This document shows positions 38,301-49,678 of a DNA stretch of 64,000 bases, in pieces. A model generated the notes under the pieces. That model searched no databases and was not told where the DNA came from. It was given only the letters and a program-made list of their open reading frames with translations. The translations under genes were made by a program, and so were the position numbers. Numbering within the stretch: the stretch's first letter is position 1; each line of letters starts with the position of its first letter. The stretch spans positions 2,294,001-2,358,000 of the forward strand of contig CATNEN010000001.1 of NCBI GenBank assembly GCA_950097015.1. The letters run 5' to 3'. This stretch comes from Macrostomum hystrix (Eukaryota > Animalia > Platyhelminthes).

Positions 38301-41300
38301 CTGCAGCTCTCACGTCAATAAAGATAACAGACTAGTGTCTGAGGAAGTGTACTCAGCAAATAAATTAGTCTATCATACATTAATAATCCAATGACAAGGA
38401 TTTCACATTCAACGATACATCCCTGTAAAAAATTCGGCTGCTTCTTCGGCGGGTTTTTTGTGCAAAATAGGAGTGGAATCTACCGAAATCCCCCCTATCT
38501 CGCAAGAGTTAAAGAAACCACCCAGGAAGCAGCCGATGTAACCGTAAATTGTGCGGAAACCGCCGAAGAATCACCCGAACCAGCGGCCCATGGGACAACC
38601 AGAGAATTATTTACGGGCGATTCCTCGGCGGTTTCTGAGCATGGAATCTTCCGAACTGGAGGATTCTTTGGGTGATTCCATTTCGCCACCAAAAAGCTCC
38701 GAGAAAACGCCCAGTTGGGTAGATTCTAAGCATGGAATCATCCGATTGGTCTGTTTCCAGCGTTCGGCTGTTTCTTTTTCTAGAAACACCGCAGATTCCA
38801 ACTGGAATCACCCAAAGAAACATCCCTATTTTTTAGCGGGATATCACAAGCTAGCAAAAACAAACAATCCCAACAATTGAAAGGAAAAGAATGTTCAAAT
38901 TATTTTTTTTGATACCACAGAACAAAAAATCATAAACTTGGTTTTCCTCTCTCTCTTATTCCCTCTCCCGAGTTGTATCTCAGTTACACCCTTCTGCTGT
39001 CCCTTCTCCCTTGTCTTACCACTATAATCTCATCGTAATTATCACTATCCTACATCTTACCACTATAATCCTATCTTAATTATCCCCTCTACTTCATTAT
39101 ACTACCGTAATCCCATCGTAATTATACCCTATCCCTTACCCGCTCTTTTTCATCCCTTCTTAAATAGCCATTAATCAATTATCCCATCTCACTAAAGGGG
39201 AACATAAATCACGGATCCTTAGTGTAAATTTATGGATCTAAACAAAAAAAATACTAAACGATACCTTAAGAAACAAAAGCAAAGATATTTTATTTCGTCA
39301 CTCACCAGCAGGCGACAGTGGCACAACCGGAGCATCAATGACGTCGCCGCCTCTGCCGGCGCCGCCGCCGCCAGCAACAGCCGGCGACAAGAGTTGCACA
39401 GGCAGCGGAGAGGCAACCGAGGCAGCGGCAAAGTGAGGCAGGCCGCCAGCAGTTGTGAGCGGTTGAGTCTGCAGCTGCAGATGCCTATAGGTTCTATGGC
39501 AATTTAACTGGCCAATCCACAGCTCGAAATCTTCATTGCGTTTGCAGCGCACGTGGTGCACTATTGAGCCGGCGTCAATGTGGATGCGGCGGCGACTGCG
39601 CTTGTAGCTGATGAACGAGTTGCCAAGATCTATGTTACCATGGTAACGGCCTGTGGTGATTGAAGATTTTCTCTAATTGAAACTGAGGGAAACTTTTGCG
39701 TCCGTATGATAAATACTTTTAATCATGCATTTAGCATTCGGCTTTAGCTAAAGGGAAGGCGAAAGATGAGCAAAGACAGTGGGAAAGGGGAGACTTGAGA
39801 GGGAGAAAGGCGAGGAAAGAGAGAGGAAAGGCGAGAAAAGAAAAAAGAAGGGGGAGGAAAGAGAGAGGAAAGGGGAGAAAAGAGAGGAAAGGGGAGAAAA
39901 GAGAGGAAAGGGGAGAAAAGAGAGGAAAGGGGAGAAAAGAGAGGAAAGGGGAGAAAAGAGAGGAAAGGGGAGGAAAGAGAGAGGAAAGGGGAGAAAAGAG
40001 AGGAAAGGGGAGAAAAGAGAGGAAAGGGGAGAAAAGAGAGAGGAAAGGGGAGGAAAGAGAGGAAAGGGGAGAAAAGAGAGGAAAGGGGAGAAAAGAGAGA
40101 GGAAAGGGGAGAAAAGAGAGAGGAAAGAGGAGGAAAGAGAGGAAAGGGGAGAAAAGAGAGGAAAGGGGAGAAAAGAGAGAGGAAAGGGGAGAAAAGAGAG
40201 GAAAGGGGAGAAAAGAGAGAGGAAAGGGGAGAAAAGAGAGAGGAAAGGGGAGAAAAGAGAGGAAAGGGGAGAAAAGAGAGAGGAAAGGCGAGAAAAGAAA
40301 AAAGAAGGGGGAGGAAAGAGAGAGGAAAGGGGAGAAAAGAGAGGAAAGGGGAGAAAAGAGAGGAAAGGGGAGAAAAGAGAGGAAAGGGGAGGAAAGAGAG
40401 AGGAAAGGGGAGAAAAGAGAGAGGAAAGGGGAGAAAAGAGAGGAAAGGGGAGAAAAGAGAGAGGAAAGGCGAGAAAAGAAAAAAGAAGGGGGAGGAAAGA
40501 GAGAGGAAAGGGGAGGAAAGAGAGAGGAAAGGGGAGAAAAGAGAGAGGAAAGGGGAGGAAAGAGAGAGGAAAGGGGAGGAAAGAGAGAGAGGAAAGGGGA
40601 GGAAAGAGATAGGAAAGGAGAGAAAAGAGAGAGAGGAAAGGGGAAAAAAGAGAGGAAAAGGGAAAGGGGAAAGGGGAATGAATTAGTGAAAAAAGGGAGG
40701 GAGAATAGAGAGTAAGCTACAACGTTCCAGAAATAATTGCAGTCAAGTCCTAGAGTGCAGTTTCACATACAAGTGCACTTTAGTAGAAGCATAGACTGGA
40801 GCTTTCGCACATACGAGTACATTATGCACAGTTTTATGACTGTGCATAAGGTTGTAGCCTAGTGGTTAGGGCGTCGGACTCACGACTTGAAGGTCGGGGG
40901 TTCGATTCCCGACTCCACTGGAACAATTTGCGTCCTTTAGCAAGACACTTAACTCTGCATTGCTTCAGTTCACCCAGCTGTTAAATGGGTACCAGCATCA
41001 GCTGGGATAATTGAAGGTGGGTGTGGCGTCCCCCCAGTCCGTGGACTGAACAGCTGTACGCAGCCTTCAGATGCGCCGCGCATTAGCTGCGGCTGTGCTG
41101 TCGGCTGCACATCTGACCCAATTGGGGCAGGTGTAATCAATTATTATTATTTATGACTGCAGTGTATGAAAACAATTAAACGCTAAAGTGTCCAACTTTT
41201 AATAATAAAGACTATTATATTTCTCACACTATTTTAATTTTTCAATGCAGTTGTTACTGCGCTGAAAAAAACTATAATCAACGGTTCTTCCTTTAAAGGC

Positions 41301-44300
41301 ACTTTCAAATACAACATTGGTCGGAAATTTAATTTATAAGTGACTCCAGTTTACTTGTTGCAATTTATAGGAATGATATAAATTGGGAACTGTGTACAGT
41401 AAGATTATTGTCCGAGATATTATTGGTATTTAATTTAGCCTTTTGCCTAATTGGAAATCCGATATTTAATATCTGAGGCAATTAATTTAATCTTTGCTCA
41501 TTACCTGTCATTCTACTAATTCATTAACCATAGTTCCCTATACTCTTGTAATGTACATTTTTCATACTGATTCCATTTCTCACCCTTTTAACATTCTCTG
41601 ACACACATCTTATCTTTCTCTCCCACTCATCTTATCTTTCTCTCCACCCATCTTATCTTTCTCTCCACCCATCTTATCTTTCTCTCCACCCATCTTATCT
41701 TTCTCTCCACCCATCTTATCTTTCTCTCCACCCATCTTATCTTTCTCTCCACCCATCTTATCTTTCACTCCACCCATCTTATCTTTCACTCCACCCATCT
41801 TATCTTTCTCTCCCACCCATCTTATCTTTTTCCACCTATCCATCTTGTCTTTCTCCCCCCACCCTTCTAAATTTTCTCCAACACCAAACTTGCCTTTCTC
41901 CCCTTACCCATCTTATCTTTCTCCCCTTACCCATCTTATCTTTCTCCCCTTACCCATCTTATCTCCCCCTTACCCATCTTATCTTCCCCCCCTTACCCAT
42001 CTTATCTTCTCCCCTTACCCATCTTATCTCCCCCCCCTTACCCATCTTATCTCCCCCCCTTACCCATCTTATCTTTCTCCCCTTACCCATCTTATCTCCC
42101 CCCCTTACCCATCTTATCTTTCTCCCCTTACCCATCTTATCTTCCCCTCTTACCCATCTTATCTTCCCCCCTTGCCCATTTTATCTTCCTCCCCTTACCC
42201 ATCTTATCTTTCTCCCCTTACCCATCTTATCTTCCCCTCTTACCCATCTTATCTTCCCCCCTTGCCCATTTTATCTTCCTCCCCTTACCCATCCTATCTT
42301 TCTCCCCCTAGCCATCTTATCTTTCTCCCCCCACCCATCATTTGCTTCTCTCATAGAACAGACCTAAATGTAGCTAAAATCGCATTTTACCACATATAAA
42401 AAATAGCATGAGTGACTTCCGAATAGCAATGAATTTAGAAAACGGACACTTACTAATTCGTTCTCATCTCTCTAGTATATAAGCTGCATTTATTCGCTAA
42501 ATTGCTCGCCCATCTGACTCTATGCCTAAAAGCATATCCGATTTCAAAGAGAATGACTTGCATGCAATCATCAGCGCACCAGTATTTGGTGGCATAGAAA
42601 GTGCAATAGGCACTTATAATGCAGAAAATATCGCCAATCGTGAGGAATTCCTAAGTGGAGAAATTTCGGATAGGGATGGATGCGATAATGGAAGATTAAA
42701 TATGGGTAACTAAAGAAGGCCTGTGCCAGGTAATGGCACATCATTTGTTGGCACTAGACCCGCAGCCAACGAGGAGGCAATTCTGCCCATTTCCGCTGAC
42801 TCCTGAGCACACACTCACACAGGTGTGTACATCTGTCCTGACCTTCTCATCGCCAAGCAGTGTACACGACAAGCCTCCAAGCCTTCTCTCCGCGGTTGGG
42901 CCCCAAATAAATGTGGCCTCGCCGCTGAATCGGGCTCAGGGACCTTGGTGCGAGGGGCGAACTATAAGGCCACTCTGCTACTCAGCCCCCCCCCGGTTGC
43001 TATCCTGATAGACTTCGGATCAATATTTCCAGTGAAAAAATGGTCATATCTAAGATAGATAGATAGACTTGGAAAAATCTGTAGCACTACCACAGTAGGT
43101 CAAATATGCTTGACATTTCATTTATGGAACAGCATATGAGAACTTTAAAAATATCAATATAAATTTTAAATGCACTTTTTTAAGCAGAATTGAGTTAATA
43201 CAAGTGTATTAGCGACACAGCGATGTCCTTAAGTCGCACCACTTTTCTTCATTCTATTTTGCATATAAAACATTGTTTTTAAGCGTGAGTTTGTTTATAA
43301 GGCATCGCGCCATAATAGCCAACCGCCCACTGTGGTCTATCTGCTTAGCGCTGTCCTCAAGTCTGCTAGCATAATAGCTAAATAAACACAATGGCATGAG
43401 GGGCGATTCCAACATAAACTAGTTTATTTATACTCACACAAGTGCACACATTTTCTACGAGAATGTTAAGAAAAAAAATATGAAAAAACTATCTTTATTT
43501 CTCCCGTGTCTCTTCTCCTTTGTGTCTGATCTCTCCTGCGTCTCATCTCTGCCCTATTTCATGTCTTCTGTGTCTCATCTCCCACTGTTTCATATCTACC
43601 CTGTCTCATCTCTCCCCTGCTTCATATATTCTGTGTCTCATCTCTTCCCTTTCTAATCTCGTATCTCTCCTGTCTCATCTCTCCCATATCTCATGTCTCC
43701 TGTGTCTCATGTCTCCAATGTCTCATCTCTCCCATATCTCATGTCTCCTGTGTCTCATGTCTCCAATGTCTCATCTCTTCCGTGTCTCATCTCTCCTGTG
43801 TCTCATGTCTCCAATGTCTCATCTCTCCCATGTCTCATGTCTCCTGTGTCTCATCTCTCCCATGTCTCATGTCTCCTGTGTCTCATGTCTCCAATGTCTC
43901 ATCTCTCCCATATCTCATGTCTCCTGTGTCTTATGTCTCCAATGTCTCATCTCTTCCGTGTCTCATCTCTCCCATGTCTCATGTCTCCAATGTCTCATCT
44001 CTCCCATGTCTCATGTCTCCTGTGTCTCCTTACCTTATTGGCTAGCGAGTTGTGCAGGCTTGCCGACTCGTGACTCAGTTAAAAGCCAAAAGTACTAACC
44101 AAAGTTAGCGACAACGTGTCACATGTGGTTGTAAATGCACATTTTAGCCAGCTAATCTAGACTGAACCAGTTTTTTCACTCTAAAGAAATACAGCTGTAT
44201 GAATGACAAATTAAGCAAGCAAAATTTGCATAAATATTCAGAACTGATCAATAAGATACGAGAGAATACTAATATATATAAAGCTACTATAGACATTTCT

Positions 44301-45741
44301 TTTCAGTCACCAAGTTTGATAGACATCTGTGCACTGACAGAATTTCTTGCACAAGTCATAATATTACTATAAGCTATGGAGTTTATTTGGCTCTCAGTAC
44401 ATTTTTTGCCCAAATCCAATCACACGTTGCATCGCATTTTAGTTTAATGGCAAAAAATTATAAAATGAAAGGAATTAACAAAATAACACACAATCACTAA
44501 GTCCAGGGACAAACAAAAGATACAAAATACAGGAGACACAAACATCGTAGACAGACAATATACCAGACACAAACACTGGACACAAATGTCAGACACTATA
44601 ATAAGAATAATAGGGGAGAATGTGTCTCAAATGGGTACGGCGCATCTGAAGGCTGTGTACGACTGTTCAGTCCATGGACTGGGGGGATGCCACAACCACC
44701 CTCAATTATCCCAGCTAATGCTGGTACCCATTTAACAGCTCGGTGAACTGAAGCAATGCAGAGTTAAGTGTCTTGCTAAAGGACACAAACTGTTCCAGTG
44801 AAGTCAGGAATCGAACTCCCGACCTTCAAGTCGCGAGTCAGACGCTCTAACCACAAGGCTGAAACCTCTTACAAGGCTGGAGACACAAACACGGAAAAAA
44901 CACCAGAGACACAGAAAGATACAGATAAACAGAACAGCAACCAATAAGCAACTCACCTAAAGTCTTCATTTCGTTGGCGGACTTGGCATAGTAGAAGAAT
45001 CCTTTGTCGCACACGTACCATCGCTTGTGCCAACCTTTCAACGGAAAGCGTCGCCTTTTGAACAGATAGCCCTCACATTTGGGTGGACAGCGGAGGCCAG
45101 AACTGCTAGTCTGGCTACCGGAGACACCTAACTGCGAGGTGGAATTCAACGCCGAGGAAGCATCCGGACCTCCGATTGTTGCAGAAACTGCTGCCGCAGT
45201 TGAAGCATTGCTAGCTACGCTAGCTCCGGTGGCGCCTGTACCAGTTGATGTTAAAATATCCCAACCAGAGGATGGACTTTTACGCTTCTTCTGTTTGCCG
45301 CCATGATGAGCCTGCTGCTGCTGCTGCTGCAACACGCGATTCGCTCCCACGGCATTCATGAAGGATACTTCATCGTCGCTATCCGAATCAGTATAAACTG
45401 TTCGGCCAGACACAACAGACACTTCGCTAGCCTTCTTGGCGTGGCCTAGCTGTGGGCGCTTAGCATTGGCGTCGTTTAACGAACTGCCAATACCGTTAGC
45501 CAGTGCATTAGCGGCTTCAGCTGCTGAAGAACTCGAAGGTGTGGCAGAATGATGATGATGACTAGCCATCACTGTTGCTGCTGCTGAATTTGATATTGCT
45601 AATGCTGATGACTTGCTATTTTCAACGCCTTAAATTTAAAGACGAACGTTAAAGACGAAATTTAATACGTTGGATAATAGCAACAAAAAAACTATGAAAT
45701 AAACATAGAATTTAATGCAACTTACGCCTATTCTTATGCAT
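27580..45741 (-). CDS. Oxysterol-binding protein-related protein, ORP3/6/7 subfamily (PH + FFAT + ORD); exons 45741-45726 (tentative), 45628-44957, 39650-39306, 35704-35454, 34933-34784, 32527-31814, 31159-30629, 29807-29565, 28309-28029, 27802-27580
   Basis: PH domain [20 protein letters not shown]...[10 protein letters not shown]; FFAT-like [10 protein letters not shown]; ORD motifs [43 protein letters not shown]|VSHHPP, TDTRFR|PDQRLLE. All junctions are in frame. Confidence 0.93.
28530..29525. repeat. Minisatellite, ~22-bp unit, in an OSBP-gene intron
   Basis: Tandem gggatttcccaaataacacagt with variants. Confidence 0.95.
29912..30425. repeat. Minisatellite, 20-bp unit, in the next OSBP-gene intron
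   Basis: Tandem gggatttccctaataacagt. Confidence 0.95.
31255..31590 (+). mobile_element. Internal fragment of the 3084-3671 MITE family
   Basis: Near-identical to 3150-3490 (gcacacga.actcaagaacacggg...ccctgacg); no TIRs seen. Confidence 0.8.
32690..33828. repeat. Minisatellite, 31-32-bp unit
   Basis: Tandem gtgggattttaggatcaatcgtctacccaaa. Confidence 0.95.
35094..35425 (+). mobile_element. SINE family A, near full length, with an (ATT)n tail
   Basis: Runs from the head gggggtgagcggcagaacag...gagctcgattccg to gcaattgcccacagcccc-like end, then aattattattatt. Confidence 0.88.
35800..35995. repeat. Short ~44-bp tandem repeat rich in palindromes (gtacacgtgcac, gtgcgcatgtac)
   Basis: Two near-perfect and two degenerate copies. 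Confidence 0.75.
36343..36632 (-). mobile_element. SINE family A, near full length
   Basis: Reverse complement matches 35094-35400. Confidence 0.88.
37305..37992. repeat. Pyrimidine-rich minisatellite, 18-bp unit
   Basis: Tandem ctacctctcacctcttgt / ctacctctcaactcttat. Confidence 0.95.
38419..38842. mobile_element. Foldback MITE-like element
   Basis: Ends atccctgtaaaaaat / attttttagcgggat. Nested inverted motifs: gaaaccgccgaagaatcaccc vs gggcgattcctcggcggtttc, and gggtgattcc vs ggaatcaccc. Confidence 0.65.
39780..40680. repeat. Polypurine (GA-rich) low-complexity tandem repeat
   Basis: About 900 bp of almost only A/G, unit approximately gaggaaaggggagaaaaga. Confidence 0.95.
40850..41152 (+). 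mobile_element. tRNA-derived SINE, family B (CORE-like), with an (ATT)n tail
   Basis: A box tagcctagtgg; B box ggttcgattcc; body tcctttagcaagacacttaac...cacccagctgttaaatgggtacc; tail aattattattattt. Confidence 0.88.
41608..42340. repeat. Polypyrimidine minisatellite, 21-22-bp unit
   Basis: Tandem cccatcttatctttctctcca / cccatcttatctttctcccctta. Confidence 0.95.
42722..42992 (-). mobile_element. SINE family A copy with an internal deletion
   Basis: Matches family A on the minus strand but lacks the ...ccttggaggttggccctc segment. Confidence 0.85.
43500..44030. repeat. Minisatellite, ~16-bp TCTCAT-based unit
   Basis: tctcatctctcccatg / tctcatgtctcctgtg; the same family occurs at 59625-60212. 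Confidence 0.92.
44628..44860 (-). mobile_element. SINE family B copy
   Basis: Reverse complement of 40850-41080. Confidence 0.88.
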
Positions 45742-46171
45742 AATCCTTTTTGTGCACTGTTACATTAGCAATCAACTCGAAACTAACAAACTAATTTAGA
45801 CTTTATATAGCTGAGAATTTTAAATCCTGTGTGTCTTTCTCTTATCTACATGTATATGCGTGTACTATATTAACTGGTACACTTAACTATCTGAGCCAAA
45901 TATTGCACATTTTGTGCCAAAGGACAGAAAACATGACTCACACTGTTGGAACATTGAACTGTAGAATATAGGTTGTTAACGTGGGCTCACTAATAGCTAC
46001 AGTCAGTTGACATTTGTCTGTCTCAAGTCCACATATAATTTCAACATCACCACCTAGATATGACTTTATCTCTGATCATTCTTTTTAAAAAAATGTCAAC
46101 GAGTTTACAAAACTATGACTTTAAGAACCAATTGTGCCAACTCAATAGCTAACAATTATCACAGGTCTATA

Positions 46172-46830
46172 GCAGATTGTGTCTCTTGCTTAAAAGATTG
46201 TGTCTCTTGCTGGAAAGATTGTGTCTCTTGCTTAAAAGATTGTGTCTCTTGCTTAAAAGATTGTGTCTCTTGCTTAAAAGATTGTGTCTCTTGCTTAAAA
46301 GATTGTGTCTCTTGCTTAAAAGATTGTGTCTCTTGCTTGAAAGATTGTGTCTCTTGCTTGAAAGATTGTGTCTCTTGCTTAAAAGATTGTGTCTCTTGCT
46401 TGAAAGATTGTGTCTCTTGCTTGAAAGATTGTGTCTCTTGCTTAAAAGATTGTGTCTCTTGCTTGAAAGATTGTGTCTCTTGCTTGAAAGATTGTGTCTC
46501 TTGCTTAAAAGATTGTGTCTCTTGCTTGAAAGATTGTGTCTCTTGCTTAAAAGATTGTGTCTCTTGCTTGAAAGATTGTGTCTCTTGCTTAAAAGATTGT
46601 GTCTCTTGCTTGAAAGATTGTGTCTCTTGCTTAAAAGATTGTGTCTCTTGCTTGAAAGATTGTGTCTCTTGCTTGAAAGATTGTGTCTCTTGCTTAAAAG
46701 ATTGTGTCTCTTGCTTAAAAGATTGTGTCCCTTGCTTGAAAGATTGTGTCTCTTGCTGGAAGGATTGTGTCTCTTGATCAACAGTCTGTCTGTTGCCAGA
46801 AGTATTTTGTCTCTTGTCTGAAAGGTTGTG
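46172..46830. repeat. Minisatellite, 21-bp unit, upstream of the OSBP-gene start
   Basis: Tandem aaagattgtgtctcttgctt(a/g), about 29 copies. Confidence 0.97.
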
Positions 46831-49678
46831 TCTCTTGAAAAATAGTCCGTCGTTGCCTTAAAAATTGTGCCTCTGGTCCAACAGATTCTTTTATGTAAAA
46901 TTGTCTTTTATATAGAACAAACTGTGTATTTTGTCTAACATTGCAATTCGTTTTTTTCTCTAAAATAAATTTTCTTTTATGTAATAGATTGTGTCTATGG
47001 TTACTTGTGTAATAGTATAAGGCTTCAAATCTAACAGATAGTGTTGTTAGCCTGATTCTGAATTTCATTTATATTTTTAGCTTATTAGAAAAACTTTTTT
47101 TAGAATAAGCTTGTTGCTGCAGCTTGTTAAAATTCAAAGAGAAATTTGTGATTATGAGAATCATAGTCCCAATCATGTAATCCATGCCGGAATTTTCCAG
47201 AGTGCATTTGTTTTTCAGCTGGTGTGAATAGTGTACATTCGTATATTTTAAGGGTTGGCGAACACTTTGGCGTGCAAGGCGTGCATGGCAATGTTGTAGC
47301 ATGCAATCATACATAGCATTTAAAAAAGAGATCAAATATGTGTTTCATGTACATGTATGTACAATTAAAAATGTCAACAAATTATTTAACGGACTTTGCA
47401 TGACTAAAACAAAATGTTCTATTATCTGTAAGAATAAATTTAAGTTTTGTAAATTGGACTTATACATACTATAAATAAATAATTTGTTCTGTTTGATATT
47501 TCTTTTTGTTAAACACAAAAATGGAAGCCAGTTTGTCTCTTAAAAGCGAAAAATGTGTTACGTCTTTATATACAAATTTTATATGATGTACCATGTTGGC
47601 ATGCACTGGTGTGCAATTTGAAAAAAACTCTGCATCTTTAGCGTGCATACCATTTTTTCACAATTTTTCTTCTGGTGTGCAGCCAACATGATCCAGACTA
47701 TGGATGACAATCAGTCTATGACATATGCTGATAGGCCTATGGCAAACAAATATGCTATAATGAAACTTAAATAAAGTGAATTAATCCAAATTAAATTGAT
47801 AATAGCTATCATGAAATAAAAAATGGTGAAAAAAAGTACAACTTGCTTATTTCATAACAGTACCCAACCATAAATATATTAACATACTAAATATATGTAC
47901 TAAAAATTCAACCTAGTCCTAGACAGGGATATACTTTGATTGATGGATTGCCTGAATTCTTCGAATTTTATTTTGTTTAATTATTATAGGATGTGCTGTT
48001 GCCTGTTTCTCTTTAAAAATTAAATGATAACAAAAATATTTCAGTAATTTGAACTGAAGTATTTATTCTTAAGTTTAAAATTTAAAAGTTTTAAAAGTTT
48101 AAATTAGATAGATCATAGATAATTTATTGCTGTTTTATTAGTAGTGTTTTTGACATAAAAAGAATTCTACAGAAAATTAACACAAACTAATTAGATTCCA
48201 TAACTAAATATATTTGGCTGCCAAAAATTGTTTACGTTTCAACGGCACTAGCCATGAACGTACTTTTTGTACTTAAATGTGTTGTCGGACGTGACAATTC
48301 TTTTAAAATGCTGTATTTAAATATTGTTCTGAAGGTTAGAACAAAAGTAGAATATCTATAGCCTTTAGTGCCACAGTTGAGAATATAAAGAAATATATAT
48401 TTTTCTACTGAATTTTATCTTTAAAATTATTCACCAGAGACCTTTATATTGTCCAGGTCAACAAGGTATTAAAAGTGTCAATGTCAATTCGGCAATTCGT
48501 GTCAATTAATAAATGATAAATAAATAAATAAATAATATTTCCCCTTTCTAGTCGATTTTTAGAGCATAAAATGTGTGAAGAACTTTTTAATTCAAAAAAA
48601 TGAAAAAATGCAAATGCGTCGTATTTTTATTTACTTGACTTTAACGTTTCAGATTCGACCTTGTTTCAGATGATTTTCAGCGTCAATCTCAGCTGAAGAC
48701 TGTTTTCTGCTTCACAAGCGTATCGTTCTCCGGATTAACAAGACGCCAGCAGTATTACGCACTTAATTCGACCCCTGTTGATAAAATTTCAATGCGGCCA
48801 GCACCAGATTTATAATCGAACTGGGCCTCTTCACTTCGCATCGTTTATTAAAAGCATTATCAGTACTAGCTTTTAGTTCATGCAGGCATTCAGGCCGCAG
48901 ACCGAAATACCAGTCAGAGAGACATAACTTAGAGTTATATTTTAGTGTGATAGCATTAAGGCTGACAAAATTATTCAGAAAAAAATTCTATTTACCTGTA
49001 GTTTAAAATTGCGCCCGGCAGATCCGACTAGCAGCACATTTGAAGCTCCGACTATATAGTACCAAACTATATCATGGTTTATCCTCTTCCTTACAGTTTC
49101 TGGCTACGCCCCTGCCTGCTTGACAATTAATCACGGTCTCGATATCTTTTCTGTCAATAAAATTTGTCAGGCGTAAAAGCATTAAAGCAAAAAAACTATT
49201 GTGATTGACGCAAATTCATGCATGAGAAAAACGGCTTGATTTAATCATAAACAAATAAAATAAGGCAACAAAAATCTGCCGTCCATCTTGTGTAAATATT
49301 CTCGTGAAACCATTCTCACTCATCTACCTGTATAAAAGCACTAGACAGGCCTGCTATTTTAGCAGATGACCTGTGGAGTATGTGCAAAAGCTTATTTCTG
49401 ATGGGGAATCAATTAACTACGAACCGTAGTATGAGAAAACTTAGCCAGATCAGTTTTTTGACAGGCCGGTGTCAACTCTTAGCCGATGCTTCTTATTGGT
49501 TTTTCAGGGATAAGTGCTAAAAACACCACTGTTAACGTTTTTTGAGATAAAGACAAACAGTTTTTTAACCACCCAGGCATTGTACAGGGCCGCTAATTGC
49601 TATATATTGATAAGCGATTTGCAAACTCTCACTGAGTAGTAAATATTGGAATTCCAACGTGCTTCGTCGAAATTATTT

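Noticed and set aside
40850-40920. tRNA genes at SINE heads (also 15482, 3783, 35094)
   Set aside because: A and B boxes are present, but acceptor and anticodon stems are imperfect, and each head continues into a shared repeat body with a simple-repeat tail. They are SINEs.
37240-44098. Long ORFs in repeat tracts (37240-38042, 39779-40715, 41845-42399, 43520-44098; also 59593-60324, 6103-6343, 11384-11727, 28426-29545)
   Set aside because: These are translations of low-complexity arrays lying in introns or intergenic DNA.
46115-46821. 220-aa (KDCVSCL)n CxxC-repeat ORF as a metallothionein-like protein
   Set aside because: The 21-bp unit is open in several frames on both strands, which is expected for a stop-poor minisatellite. 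There is no signal peptide, splice structure or synonymous-site pattern beyond one variable base.
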